NCBI GenBank assembly: GCA_965208835.1
Contig: OZ242358.1
Coordinates: 1,024,001 to 1,088,000 of the forward strand
Direction: 5' to 3'
Length of the DNA stretch: 64,000 bases
DNA from: Candidatus Latescibacterota bacterium
GTDB taxonomy: Bacteria > Latescibacterota > UBA2968 > GCA-2709665
A program made the translations under genes and the position numbers. Positions 19,686-28,726 of the stretch are shown piece by piece (the stretch's first letter is position 1; each line of letters starts with the position of its first letter). Under the pieces are notes generated by a model that was not told the DNA's origin, ran no database searches, and worked only from the letters and a program-made list of their open reading frames with translations.

Positions 19686-20573
19686 TTGGGGTTCTCGATC
19701 TCCGCAGGTGAGATCTTTGGACTGTCTTGCTCGCTGGTCTGGGCGGTGAACAGCCTGATGGTCCGCACGCAGTCGCAGGCCATCCCGCCGGCGATGATGA
19801 ACGGCATCCGGTGCGCCGTGGCCACGGTCTTCTTCTGGGCGATGCTTCCGTTCGAACCGCCGCTTTCCAGCTATTCACTGGTAACCGGAACAGAATGGGC
19901 GCTTCTGGTGGGCGGCCTGCTGATCGGGATGGCCGTTGGCGAAACGATGTACCTCGCGGCGATCAAGGAGATCGGCGTATCCCGCGCGATGGCGATGTCG
20001 GGGACCTTCCCGCTGTCCACGTTTTTCTTCGAGTGGGCCCTGCTGCAGAATCCGTTCAGCCGGCGCTTCTTCCTGGGAATCTGCCTCGTGGCCGTGGGGG
20101 TCATCTTTCTTTCAAGCCGGTCTCGACAGCCTGCCCGTGAGCGGCCCGACCGGCTCGTGCTTGGCACCTTTCTCGCGCTGTTCGCCTGCCTGCTTTGGGG
20201 CCTGAGTACGGTAATGCTCAAACCGGCGATCGCAAATATGACGTCGGTACAGGCCAACAGCGTCCGCGTGCCGCTCACGGCCGCCGTTCTCTTTCTCGCC
20301 CGCGCATGGGCGGGACCGGTGATGCGCATCCGGGATATCGACAGGCGGGCGCTGTTTATTGTCGCCGCGAGCGGGATTGTGGGCGTGGGCGGCGGATCGT
20401 TGCTGTATGTGATGGCGATCGCCCGGATCGGCCCCGCGAAGATGGCCACGCTTGCGTCTGTGTCTCCGGTCCTGGGGATGTTGATGTCGGTGTTCTTGCT
20501 CAAGGAGAAGCTGACGCTGCCGCTGCTGGCGGGCGTGATACTCTGTGTGAGCGGCGTGTGGATGGTACTGTGA
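19686..20573 (+). CDS. DMT/EamA family transporter
   Basis: Two-repeat, about 10-TM hydrophobic protein; LLKEKL near C-terminus. Confidence 0.88.
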   Translation: MGFSISAGEIFGLSCSLVWAVNSLMVRTQSQAIPPAMMNGIRCAVATVFFWAMLPFEPPLSSYSLVTGTEWALLVGGLLIGMAVGETMYLAAIKEIGVSRAMAMSGTFPLSTFFFEWALLQNPFSRRFFLGICLVAVGVIFLSSRSRQPARERPDRLVLGTFLALFACLLWGLSTVMLKPAIANMTSVQANSVRVPLTAAVLFLARAWAGPVMRIRDIDRRALFIVAASGIVGVGGGSLLYVMAIARIGPAKMATLASVSPVLGMLMSVFLLKEKLTLPLLAGVILCVSGVWMVL

Positions 20574-20698
20574 CGAGAGTGGACTATCGAGACCACACAC
20601 ACTCGTGTGTGTAGGCCGTGTGTCTATGGTTCGTCGGTTGGGGTTCAGTTCAGTACCCGGGCTGCGGCAGATGGACCGGGAAAACACTGGGCGAGCTA

Positions 20699-20905
20699 GT
20701 GCCCTGTCCCTAAAATTCCTCACCATTCAACCGCCGATTCATCCCGCCTCGCTACGTTGCTTGTGCTGAGCCTGTCGAAGTGCCCTCGCTCGTCGACCTT
20801 TCGCAGGTCGCCTGCGCTCCGTCACTGGTTCCTGAGCCTGTCGAAGGATGCGAGCCGGGCGACTCGTCAGTCCAATATTGGCAACTTATTTCAGGGACAG
20901 AACAC
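20699..20905 (+). mobile_element. MITE family B, copy 1 (with two nested REP-like inserts)
   Basis: TIR GTGCCCTGTCCC / GGGACAGAACAC, TA on left flank; homologous to 46903-47057 and 52961-53123. Confidence 0.82.
20766..20846 (+). repeat. Two direct copies of CTGAGCCTGTCGAAG (REP-like motif)
   Basis: Identical 15-mers at 20766-20780 and 20832-20846; absent from the other two MITE B copies. Confidence 0.75.
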
Positions 20906-20907
20906 CT

Positions 20908-21627
20908 GTGATTCGAGAAATCCTGGATGACCTGTTCGGCAGGGAACTGCTCGACGCCCACGCGGATGAATGGGGAATTGCAGATCATTGCGGACATCCG
21001 TCCGCGGTGGGTTATGCGACCACGATTACGCAGGAGACGATTCGGGCGGCCGTCGATTTGAATGTGGACCTCATCGTCACGCACCACGACGCCTGGGATT
21101 TCATGTTCGAGCAGCGGGACGAGGTCCAAACCCTGTTGAAGGAAAACGGTCTCACGCACGTGTGGGCGCACCTCCCTCTGGATCTTGCGGATTTCGGGAC
21201 CTCTGCAACGCTGCTGTCGGAGCTGGGTTGTTCTCAGGTGGCGGTATTGCCTCATGCGGAAGCGAGAGTGGGCGAATTCTCCGAGCCTGGCAGCCTGGCT
21301 ACGGTGCAAGCGAGCCTCACATCACTGTTGTCCGAAGCGCCGTGCAGAGTGCACGACGCCGGCCGACCTGTGCTGAGGGTGGCAGCGGCAACCGGTGCGG
21401 GAATCTATACCACGCTTGTAAGAGATGCGCTGAGTTACGATATCGACCTCTACATCACCGGGGAGACGAATCTCTACCTGCTGGAGTACGCGAAATATAA
21501 AGACGTCAACGTATTGGTGTATTCGCACAACTATACCGAACTGCCCGGTGTACGCGCCTTCGCGGATAGAATCGCCGGCGCGCTCAGTCTCGATATGAAG
21601 GGACATCTCGGGGATTCACACTGGTAG
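20908..21627 (+). CDS. Nif3/YbgI-like dinuclear metal-centre protein
   Basis: VDLIVTHHDAW, AHLPLD, YITGE, SHNYTE; start uncertain (GTG just after MITE). Confidence 0.8.
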   Translation: MIREILDDLFGRELLDAHADEWGIADHCGHPSAVGYATTITQETIRAAVDLNVDLIVTHHDAWDFMFEQRDEVQTLLKENGLTHVWAHLPLDLADFGTSATLLSELGCSQVAVLPHAEARVGEFSEPGSLATVQASLTSLLSEAPCRVHDAGRPVLRVAAATGAGIYTTLVRDALSYDIDLYITGETNLYLLEYAKYKDVNVLVYSHNYTELPGVRAFADRIAGALSLDMKGHLGDSHW

Positions 21628-21766
21628 CGGCACGTGCTTCGAGTGGACAACGGAATTCCGTTCGAATAATTGTCCTGGCCCCTTGTGTCTTAATTCGACG
21701 GGCGGTATATTTTCAGGGGCATTCAGACGTCTGACAATTGAGAAGACCAAAATCGGAGACTTCGCA

Positions 21767-22027
21767 ATGGCGGATCGAGAACGAAACACGATAGATCTGC
21801 AAAGGGTTGTTTCACGTGATCCTGAAATTCACAGTGGAGATCTCGTATTCGCCGGCACTCGGGTTCCGGTAGACAGCCTTGTGTGTTATCTCAAAGGGGG
21901 GTATTCGATCGAGGAGTATCTCAAGGAATTTCCTTCGGTGCAGCGATGGCAGATCGAATCGTATCTCGAACTCTCCACTGAGGGATTGGATCACTTGAGG
22001 ATGCAGAATGCGGGTGCTTCTCGATGA
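21767..22027 (+). CDS. DUF433 family antitoxin
   Basis: SRDPEIHSGDLVFAGTRVPV...FPSV; overlaps the downstream PIN gene. Confidence 0.88.
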   Translation: MADRERNTIDLQRVVSRDPEIHSGDLVFAGTRVPVDSLVCYLKGGYSIEEYLKEFPSVQRWQIESYLELSTEGLDHLRMQNAGASR

Positions 22028-22337
22028 GGATATTCCCGTAGGCTTACGGCTCTACTTTCGTTCGGAAGTAGAGGTCGAAACAGTGGAGTACCGGGGCTGG
22101 AAGGGACTGAAAAACGGCGAATTGCTTCGTGTAGCTCAACGACATTTCGATGTTCTGGTTACGATGGACGACAACTTACCGCATCAACAGCCCGTTCGAC
22201 AATTCGACCTGGCGGTGGCGGTCTTGCGTGCATCCAGTGAAGCGCTTGACGACCTGATTGCGGTCGTACCGGAACTCGAACGATTGCTTCCAAGAATTCG
22301 ACCAGGTCAGGCAGTGCGGATCTTTCCCGTGAGGTAG
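22008..22337 (+). CDS. DUF5615 family PIN-like toxin
   Basis: MRVLLDEDIP, GWKGLKNGELL, FDVLVTMD. Confidence 0.88.
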   Translation: MRVLLDEDIPVGLRLYFRSEVEVETVEYRGWKGLKNGELLRVAQRHFDVLVTMDDNLPHQQPVRQFDLAVAVLRASSEALDDLIAVVPELERLLPRIRPGQAVRIFPVR

Positions 22338-22504
22338 ATTCGCTATTGTGCCGGCCCGCTAACCGCGGAGTCATCCGTGCGATGCTCGTTTCGTGCGCTC
22401 TTTCTCTTCCGCTGGGATGGATAGCAGGTAGCTCGTGGCTCCTCGCCCCAATTTCAGATTCCTACCTCGCACAGCCCCTGCCGACAAGATTCGGAGCACC
22501 TCGA

Positions 22505-23224
22505 ATGGCAGGCATTCCCCGTAAACCGATTCTTACTTCGGAAGAAGCAGCGTTATTCGATCGTGACCTGCCTGAAGTCGTAGAATGGGAGTCCTTCTAC
22601 GCAGAGGGTACGCGGACGCCGCCGTTTCTAAGGAACGTCCCGGACGAGAATCTGGTCGGATTCGTAGAGAAGGGGCGCCTCGAGTCCGGAAGCGCAATCG
22701 ATCTGGGATGCGGGATCGGTCGGAACGCGATCTATCTGGCGAAAACAGGCTTCCGGGTTGACGCCATCGATCTGTCGCGGACCGCGATCAGTCGAGGTCG
22801 TCTGTTTGCAGAGGAAGGGCGGGTTCGCGTCAATTTCGTCATCGGGTCGGTCTTTGACGTGCCATTGCGTGAAAACCGCTACGACGTTGCGTACGACTCC
22901 GGTCTGTTCCATCATTTACCGCCGCATCGAAGGCCAACCTATCTCGACCTGGTTCGAAGGGCGCTGAAGCCGGATGGATTCTTCGGCATGACCTGTTTCG
23001 ACGCGACTGGCGGGCAACCTGTGGAAGACCGGGAAATATACGAACGTGGAAAGATGCCGCCGGGCATCGGCTACTCTGAAGATCGATTGAGAGGCATTTT
23101 GCAGCGCTTTTTCGAGATCGTCGAGCTTCGGCCGATGAAGGTCTGTCCCGAGGACGCCGAAGTACTCGGCATGCCGGGTCTTTGGACCGTTCTGATGAAG
23201 CCGAACAGATCCGCCTCACTGTAG
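22505..23224 (+). CDS. Class I SAM-dependent methyltransferase
   Basis: IDLGCGIGRN, DAIDLS, YDSGLFHH; start at ATG 22505 (SD GGAG). Confidence 0.88.
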   Translation: MAGIPRKPILTSEEAALFDRDLPEVVEWESFYAEGTRTPPFLRNVPDENLVGFVEKGRLESGSAIDLGCGIGRNAIYLAKTGFRVDAIDLSRTAISRGRLFAEEGRVRVNFVIGSVFDVPLRENRYDVAYDSGLFHHLPPHRRPTYLDLVRRALKPDGFFGMTCFDATGGQPVEDREIYERGKMPPGIGYSEDRLRGILQRFFEIVELRPMKVCPEDAEVLGMPGLWTVLMKPNRSASL

Positions 23225-23524
23225 CGCAGTTTGTAATTTACGACAGCGTCTGTGAGAAACGGTTTGGCTGCGACTACGGTAAATTGCTATCTTTAGCTTG
23301 ATTCTGTGGATTCGCGAAAACACCTTTCTTCCGACGCGGACAAGACCAAGACTACTGTAAAGCACTGCTAATGAGCGATTTGTGCCGTTTATTCCCATCA
23401 GTCCTGCGACAGGCCAGACTGAACCACCTTACATTGTTTGATTGCAGAATGCAGTTCGTTTCGTTTTGGCATTCTTGTCCTGTGTCTCAGCGAATCTGAA
23501 GAGATCCCGAGTTTGGAGGTCCCA

Positions 23525-23743
23525 ATGGAAGGCATTTACGTCAGTCGCGACTCGGAAATCATGAGTGGGGCACTGTGTTTCAAGGGAACCCGGGTACCCG
23601 TACAAAACCTATTTGACTACCTTGAGGGAGCCTCTTCCCTCAATGACTTTCTGGATGACTTTCCCTCCGTTTCCCGAGAGGCGGCCGTAGCTGTGCTCGA
23701 GACCGCTAAAGCACGCCTCTTCGCCGATGCGTCTACTTCTTGA
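23525..23743 (+). CDS. DUF433 family antitoxin
   Basis: SRDSEIMSGALCFKGTRVPV...DFPSVSRE; SD GGAGG. Confidence 0.88.
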   Translation: MEGIYVSRDSEIMSGALCFKGTRVPVQNLFDYLEGASSLNDFLDDFPSVSREAAVAVLETAKARLFADASTS

Positions 23744-24047
23744 TGAATCTGTTCCCCGTCCCGTCAGACGATTCCTGCCCGGCCATACCGTACTGACAGT
23801 AGTTGAGATGGGATGGGGCGGCGTCACGAACGGTGAGGTACTCCAGCTCGCTGCATCGGAATTTGACGCTTTCATCACGGTCGACAAGAGTCTTCGGTAC
23901 CAACGGAACCTGTCCGGCCTTCCCATCGCGGTTGTGGTCCTGCATGCTCATTCAAACGAACTTCAGGTCCTGATACCGCTCCTGCCCAGGCTTGAAGAAG
24001 TCCTTGCTTCGCTGCAACCACGTTCCTTCGTTCAAGTCGGGGCATGA
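23727..24047 (+). CDS. DUF5615 family PIN-like toxin
   Basis: MRLLLDESVP, MGWGGVTNGEVL, FDAFITVD. Confidence 0.88.
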   Translation: MRLLLDESVPRPVRRFLPGHTVLTVVEMGWGGVTNGEVLQLAASEFDAFITVDKSLRYQRNLSGLPIAVVVLHAHSNELQVLIPLLPRLEEVLASLQPRSFVQVGA

Positions 24048-24211
24048 CAAGCCGCTTCCTTCGACGTCTTTTTCTCTCGATGTTCCACGATGCTTAGACA
24101 AAACTCGCAGTGACGTCAGCTATTGCGAAAGGGAGCGATTACGACCTCTGACGCAATGCGTACAATGTCGGCGTGTAACTTTCCTATTCTTCATGCCTCG
24201 GAAAATAGACA

Positions 24212-24694
24212 ATGAGACCTGCAATCACAACCCGCCGTGCGGTTAAGGCGGACGTCCCGGCGCTCATCGACCTGGCGCAGCGGTCCTGGCTTTCCGGAAA
24301 CTGCGAACTGGCGCCGATTCAGGCTGTGCGGGATTGGATCGAAGCTGATTCCGAGAGCGAGAGGTTTTCGGATATCTGGCCGAAGGTCACGGTCGCGGAG
24401 CAGGGATCCCGAATTCTCGGCCTGACGAGCACCGACGGCCGGGATGTCGCCGATCTGTGGGTCCATTCCTCCTTTCAAAGGCAAGGGATCGGGAGTTTGC
24501 TGTTGCAGGTGGCCGAGGAGGAGATTCAGCGCGCCGGCCATCACACCGCCCGGCTGTGTTATACGGAATACAACGTCGCGGCGCCCCGCTTCTACCACGC
24601 CCACGGGTACACGGAGGCAGGCCGGTCTCCGGAAACGCTTCCTTGCGGGATTGTGCGCGACGTCATTGTGATGGAGAAAAAGCTGAAGAACTGA
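24212..24694 (+). CDS. GNAT acetyltransferase
   Basis: LWVHSSFQRQGIGSLLL, NVAAPRFYHAHGY. Confidence 0.87.
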   Translation: MRPAITTRRAVKADVPALIDLAQRSWLSGNCELAPIQAVRDWIEADSESERFSDIWPKVTVAEQGSRILGLTSTDGRDVADLWVHSSFQRQGIGSLLLQVAEEEIQRAGHHTARLCYTEYNVAAPRFYHAHGYTEAGRSPETLPCGIVRDVIVMEKKLKN

Positions 24695-24742
24695 GGAATG
24701 CCAGGGCGATGTGCGACCCGACAGCCGAGGAGGGTGCGATCC

Positions 24743-25126
24743 GTGAGAGTCAAGGCGATCGACTTCGTGATTTCCCACGTGACCGATACGAGGGAGGCGG
24801 TTCGTTTCTATCGCGAAGTGTTGGGGCTGGATCAGGATTTCATCGACGACGGGGTGATCAACGGTGACGGAAGCCGGGACACTTGGACGGAATTCGACAC
24901 GCGTCCAGTCAGCCTGGCGCTGGTGCGCTGGGACGCTGAGGCGGGACGACCGGGGATCGCGCTTGCGGTGGACGACGTGGACGAGGCCGTGGAGGAGCTG
25001 CGCGGGAAGGGCGTCGAAATCGTGATGGAGCCCGCCGATAGCGGTTGCTGCCGCATGGCATGGATCAAGGACCCGTGGGGGAACCTGTTCTGTATCCATC
25101 GGCGAGACGACGGTACCGCGGGTTAG
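24743..25126 (+). CDS. VOC/glyoxalase family protein
   Basis: FYREVLGL, IALAVDDVD, WIKDPWGN. Confidence 0.87.
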   Translation: MRVKAIDFVISHVTDTREAVRFYREVLGLDQDFIDDGVINGDGSRDTWTEFDTRPVSLALVRWDAEAGRPGIALAVDDVDEAVEELRGKGVEIVMEPADSGCCRMAWIKDPWGNLFCIHRRDDGTAG

Positions 25127-25163
25127 TTATTGTGCGCAAGAACAGGAAGAACCAAGTAGGGGA

Positions 25164-26039
25164 ATGGAAAAGATGGCGAATCGAAAGTTGCAGAATCGGA
25201 CCGCAGCACGTAATGGCGACGCATCTCTACGAGTAGGCGATGTCACGACGCTGGGCGACGAGATCACCCGCGGACTGGGCGAGATCACGCTCGTGCATCC
25301 GCCGGGTACGACACCCATCACGCCGGCCAGCATGATTTCCGTTGAGGCGATAGCCGGCCATGGAGATCTGCTCGAGGGAGTCGGCATCGACTGGGGAAGC
25401 GGTGGAGGATGCCTGTCCGTGATGGCCGCGCGGACGTCCGGGGTAACCCGCGTTGTCGGGCTTGAAATCGACGAAACCAACGTGTCCGTCGCCCGGAGGA
25501 ACGCCAGGTTGAACGGCGTCGAAGAGAAGGTAGAGTTCCTGCGGTCGGACTCATATTCGCCGTTCGCGGATGGCGACAGGCGTACTCTCGAATCGCTCAA
25601 AGGCCGCGCGGATTTCCTGATCGCCAACCCGATTTCGAGCGAAGATGATGACGGATTCGGATATAGACGGACGGTCCTGGGGGGCGCCAGGGAGTTTCTG
25701 CGCGACGGCGGCCGGGTCTTCCTGAGCATTTCGTATCAATACGGCAGACGGAGGATTGCGGGGCTGGAACGCGACGTCCCCGGGTTTTTCCACGAGGGAA
25801 TCCTGGCCAGAAGCGCGTGCGTTCCATTCGATCTCCGGCGATCCGATCTTCTGAACTGTCTGAAGGTGTACGCGAGAGAGGAATCAAGGGGAGGACTGGG
25901 ATACGAATTCTGCAATCCTTTACGACGCGCTCAGGCCATGGATGCGCGTGATTCCCTTGCGTTCTACGAAAGGACCGGCAGGAGCCCCCTGTCGCAATGG
26001 CAGACGCATCTCTTCCGGTACCTTCCACATCGCCTTTGA
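25164..26039 (+). CDS. Class I SAM-dependent methyltransferase (PrmC/RsmC-like motif layout)
   Basis: IDWGSGGG, GLEID, DFLIANP. Confidence 0.78.
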   Translation: MEKMANRKLQNRTAARNGDASLRVGDVTTLGDEITRGLGEITLVHPPGTTPITPASMISVEAIAGHGDLLEGVGIDWGSGGGCLSVMAARTSGVTRVVGLEIDETNVSVARRNARLNGVEEKVEFLRSDSYSPFADGDRRTLESLKGRADFLIANPISSEDDDGFGYRRTVLGGAREFLRDGGRVFLSISYQYGRRRIAGLERDVPGFFHEGILARSACVPFDLRRSDLLNCLKVYAREESRGGLGYEFCNPLRRAQAMDARDSLAFYERTGRSPLSQWQTHLFRYLPHRL

Positions 26040-26064
26040 TTCCTATGTGACAGGGAATCCGCCA

Positions 26065-26559
26065 ATGGAACCGATCGTCACGCCGATGACGCCGGCCGAC
26101 TGGGAAACCGTGCGTCGGATTCTCCAGGACGGCATCGCCACAGGACACGCTTCCTTCGACACGGAAGTCCCCGATTGGGACGCCTGGGACAGAAGCCATC
26201 TTGAGGCATGCCGGCTTGTCGCCCGGGTAGAGGGACAGATTGCAGGTTGGGCCGCCCTGAGTCCGGTCTCCACCCGGTGCGCCCAATCGGGAGTCGCAGA
26301 AGTCAGCGTATACGTCGGATCCGGGTTCAGGGGACGAGGGGTCGGCACGGCCCTGATGACGGAACTCGTCGACGCGTCTGAACGCGAGGGAATCTGGACC
26401 CTACAGGGCGGGGTGTTTCCGGAGAACGCCGCCAGTATTGCACTCCAGAAGGCGTTCGGGTTCCGGGAGGTCGGCAGGCAAGTGCGACTGGGGAAGCTGA
26501 ACGGTGTCTGGCGGGACGTCGTACTGATGGAACGGCGCAGCAGAATTGTGGGGAAATAG
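26065..26559 (+). CDS. GNAT acetyltransferase (phosphinothricin/YncA-like)
   Basis: GIATGHASFD, EVSVYV..RGRGVG, ENAASIAL..FGFREVG, WRDVVLMERR. Confidence 0.9.
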   Translation: MEPIVTPMTPADWETVRRILQDGIATGHASFDTEVPDWDAWDRSHLEACRLVARVEGQIAGWAALSPVSTRCAQSGVAEVSVYVGSGFRGRGVGTALMTELVDASEREGIWTLQGGVFPENAASIALQKAFGFREVGRQVRLGKLNGVWRDVVLMERRSRIVGK

Positions 26560-26650
26560 TGGCAATTAGGGTACCTGGGAGACGGAGCAGCGTCGCCCGG
26601 ATGCCAAACACAACCCGGAGCACGCGGGGAGCACATATTGGGACGCGGGA

Positions 26651-27412
26651 TCATCCTGACTCCGCGTCCGATTTGTGTACGGCGACGAATTTGTCGATCT
26701 GGCGGAAGATTCTGTGCATGGTGGCAACGTCCCGACGATCCATGGAGATGCGGCCGAAGAGACGCCGGATGGAACGGGGGAAGGCCTTGGGCATGTAGTC
26801 GGCGGGAAAGCCCAGCTTGTCCAGCGCGGAATCGAGATGGGCGTAGAGCGACTCCATCTCTTCAAAGGTAGGCAGGTCCAGTTCCGGTTGCTCGCCTGGA
26901 TCCGCCGCCGCGCGGTAGAGTTCATAGCCGAAGATGAGGACGGCCTGCGAGAGGTTCAGCGAGGGGTATCGGTGTGCGGTGGGGATATTGGCGATCAGGC
27001 TGCACAGGCCCAGTTCGTTATTGGTCAGGCCGTTCTCCTCCCGACCGAAAACGAGGGCGGCTTCCTTGTCCCGGGGCAGGGAGACCAGCTTCTCCGCCAC
27101 GTGCCGCGGTCCGTACATGACGTCGAAGTGCTCCCGTTTCCGGTGGGTCGTCCCCACCGAGAGTACCGTGCCGGACAGGGCTTCTTCAAGCGATTTGCAA
27201 ACGGTTGCGCCGTAGAGTACCTCGCCGGAGCCGTGAGCCATCTTTCGGGCATCTCCGCACGTATGGTCGGGTGGGTCCACAAGGTAGAGCCTCGAAAGTC
27301 CCATGTTCTTCATGGCGCGCGCCACCGACCCGATGTTGCCGGGCTCCTTGGTGCCCGCCAGGACAACGCGGATGCGGTTCAGCGCTTCCGGTGCGGTGGT
27401 ATGTTGCCGCAT
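26651..27412 (-). CDS. trmJ: SPOUT RNA methyltransferase, TrmJ/TrmH family
   Basis: PGNIGSVARAMKNMG, VFGREENGLTN, YPSLNLSQAV. Confidence 0.85.
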   Translation of the reverse strand: MRQHTTAPEALNRIRVVLAGTKEPGNIGSVARAMKNMGLSRLYLVDPPDHTCGDARKMAHGSGEVLYGATVCKSLEEALSGTVLSVGTTHRKREHFDVMYGPRHVAEKLVSLPRDKEAALVFGREENGLTNNELGLCSLIANIPTAHRYPSLNLSQAVLIFGYELYRAAADPGEQPELDLPTFEEMESLYAHLDSALDKLGFPADYMPKAFPRSIRRLFGRISMDRRDVATMHRIFRQIDKFVAVHKSDAESG

Positions 27413-27511
27413 CTGTTGCTCCTTGTCTGGTCTCGGTCGGGCACTGTCCCTGGAAGCCCGATCCGAAAGCCGTCTCCGGATACCCGGCGCGCCGCCCGCC
27501 CCGCCGACCCG

Positions 27512-28726
27512 CTATTGACTCAACAGTCGTTTCCACCCATGGGGAACCGTATTGGTTTCGAGCAGCGTCTGCACCGCCTGCCGCTGCGCGGTCTCCAGGC
27601 TGTCTTCCCGGGCTTTCCAGTAGGCGGCGCCGCGCCGGGTGGCATCCGGACGCATCGAAAAGGGGTCCCGATTGACCAGGGAGTCGTGGAGTACGGGGTT
27701 CAGGGAATAGCTGCCGATGCGCGTGGTCTGTTCGGCCAGGGCGCCGGAGTCGGTCGTAATGCGCACGGTTTGAAGAACGGGCAGCCAGTAGCGGTCGTAG
27801 TACAGCGCGTTTTGCTGATAGGTGCGCAGTTCCTTGACGCCGAGCGGTTTTCGGCCCCTTTTGTTCAGGCGCAGGTCGTAGCCCACCAGGGAGAAGTCGT
27901 TTGCGGAAATCCAGATGGCCCCTTCCAGACCGGGGCGTCTTTTTTTGCGGGGTTCGACTTGAATCTTGTGTACCGCCACGTCGCCCATCTGTACGGTACT
28001 GACCAGACGATAGCGATAATCCCTCCTGGCGTCGGACTCCAGCGGCAGAGGACCCAAGTTGAAATCGTGTCCGTTGAGGCGGCCGCTCCGGATATTGACG
28101 ATGACGCCGGGGTGCATGCCGAATTGCTGCGCCGGTGCGTGGCGCGACCGGTACGCCGTGATGTCCTGGGCGATCTGGCCGGGATTCCGATAATATCCAC
28201 GACCGTCGAATTCGATCTGCGCCAGGACGTGAGCGCCTGGCCGGTCATCGGCGTACAGGGTCTGCGTCCCGCCTAATACGAACTGATATGACCTGAGATC
28301 CCTGTAACGCGTGTGGAAGACGTTTTCTCGTGGTTCCCGACCGATTCCTTCGAGAACGTCTTCCAGGGAAGGGCGCGGCATGCCCGCGACGGATTTGAAG
28401 GTTAATGGAGACGGGGAGAGCAGGATGTCCGGACGTCGATCCGCGACGTCGGGCACGATGATCTCGCGCGATACGGTCCGGTAACCCACATACGAGACCC
28501 GGATGCGAATGGGGCCGGCAGGAAGGTCGGAAACCGCGAAGCGTCCATAGAGGTCGGTAAGGTCCCCGCGCCTGAGTTCCGGCAGGATAACTGTGGCGTA
28601 CGGCAATGGCGCGCGCGATGCACTGTCCCGTACCGTGCCGCTAAGGGTCGCCGGGTTCGAGGGCGCGGGAACGAGGTGCAGCGCGAAGATGCCGGCGATT
28701 ATCTTAAAAAAAGGCCGCACGGACAT
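27512..28726 (-). CDS. Secreted protein with CarboxypepD_reg-like domain followed by DUF5686-like region
   Basis: Signal-like N-terminus; SGTVRD..PLPYATV..TDLYGRF..VSYVGY; YRYRLV..KIQVEP..GAIWI..YQQ..WLP. Confidence 0.65.
   Translation of the reverse strand: MSVRPFFKIIAGIFALHLVPAPSNPATLSGTVRDSASRAPLPYATVILPELRRGDLTDLYGRFAVSDLPAGPIRIRVSYVGYRTVSREIIVPDVADRRPDILLSPSPLTFKSVAGMPRPSLEDVLEGIGREPRENVFHTRYRDLRSYQFVLGGTQTLYADDRPGAHVLAQIEFDGRGYYRNPGQIAQDITAYRSRHAPAQQFGMHPGVIVNIRSGRLNGHDFNLGPLPLESDARRDYRYRLVSTVQMGDVAVHKIQVEPRKKRRPGLEGAIWISANDFSLVGYDLRLNKRGRKPLGVKELRTYQQNALYYDRYWLPVLQTVRITTDSGALAEQTTRIGSYSLNPVLHDSLVNRDPFSMRPDATRRGAAYWKAREDSLETAQRQAVQTLLETNTVPHGWKRLLSQ

Noticed and set aside
20848-20907. 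N-terminal extensions of ORFs 20848 and 6106
   Set aside because: They are translations of MITE sequence; similar peptides recur at other MITE copies.
23221-23250. GTAG-type REP element
   Set aside because: Starts GTAGCGCAG but the palindrome is poor and it is single-copy in the window.
17214-26600. Intact integron or attC array
   Set aside because: No tyrosine integrase and no complete attC (paired RYYYAAC...GTTRRRY with L boxes); only two degenerate half-matches.
26675-28276. 533-aa plus-strand ORF and similar long antisense ORFs (e.g. 45488-46930, 46943-48376, 55527-56753)
   Set aside because: Antisense shadows of well-supported genes in GC-rich DNA, with no recognisable motifs.
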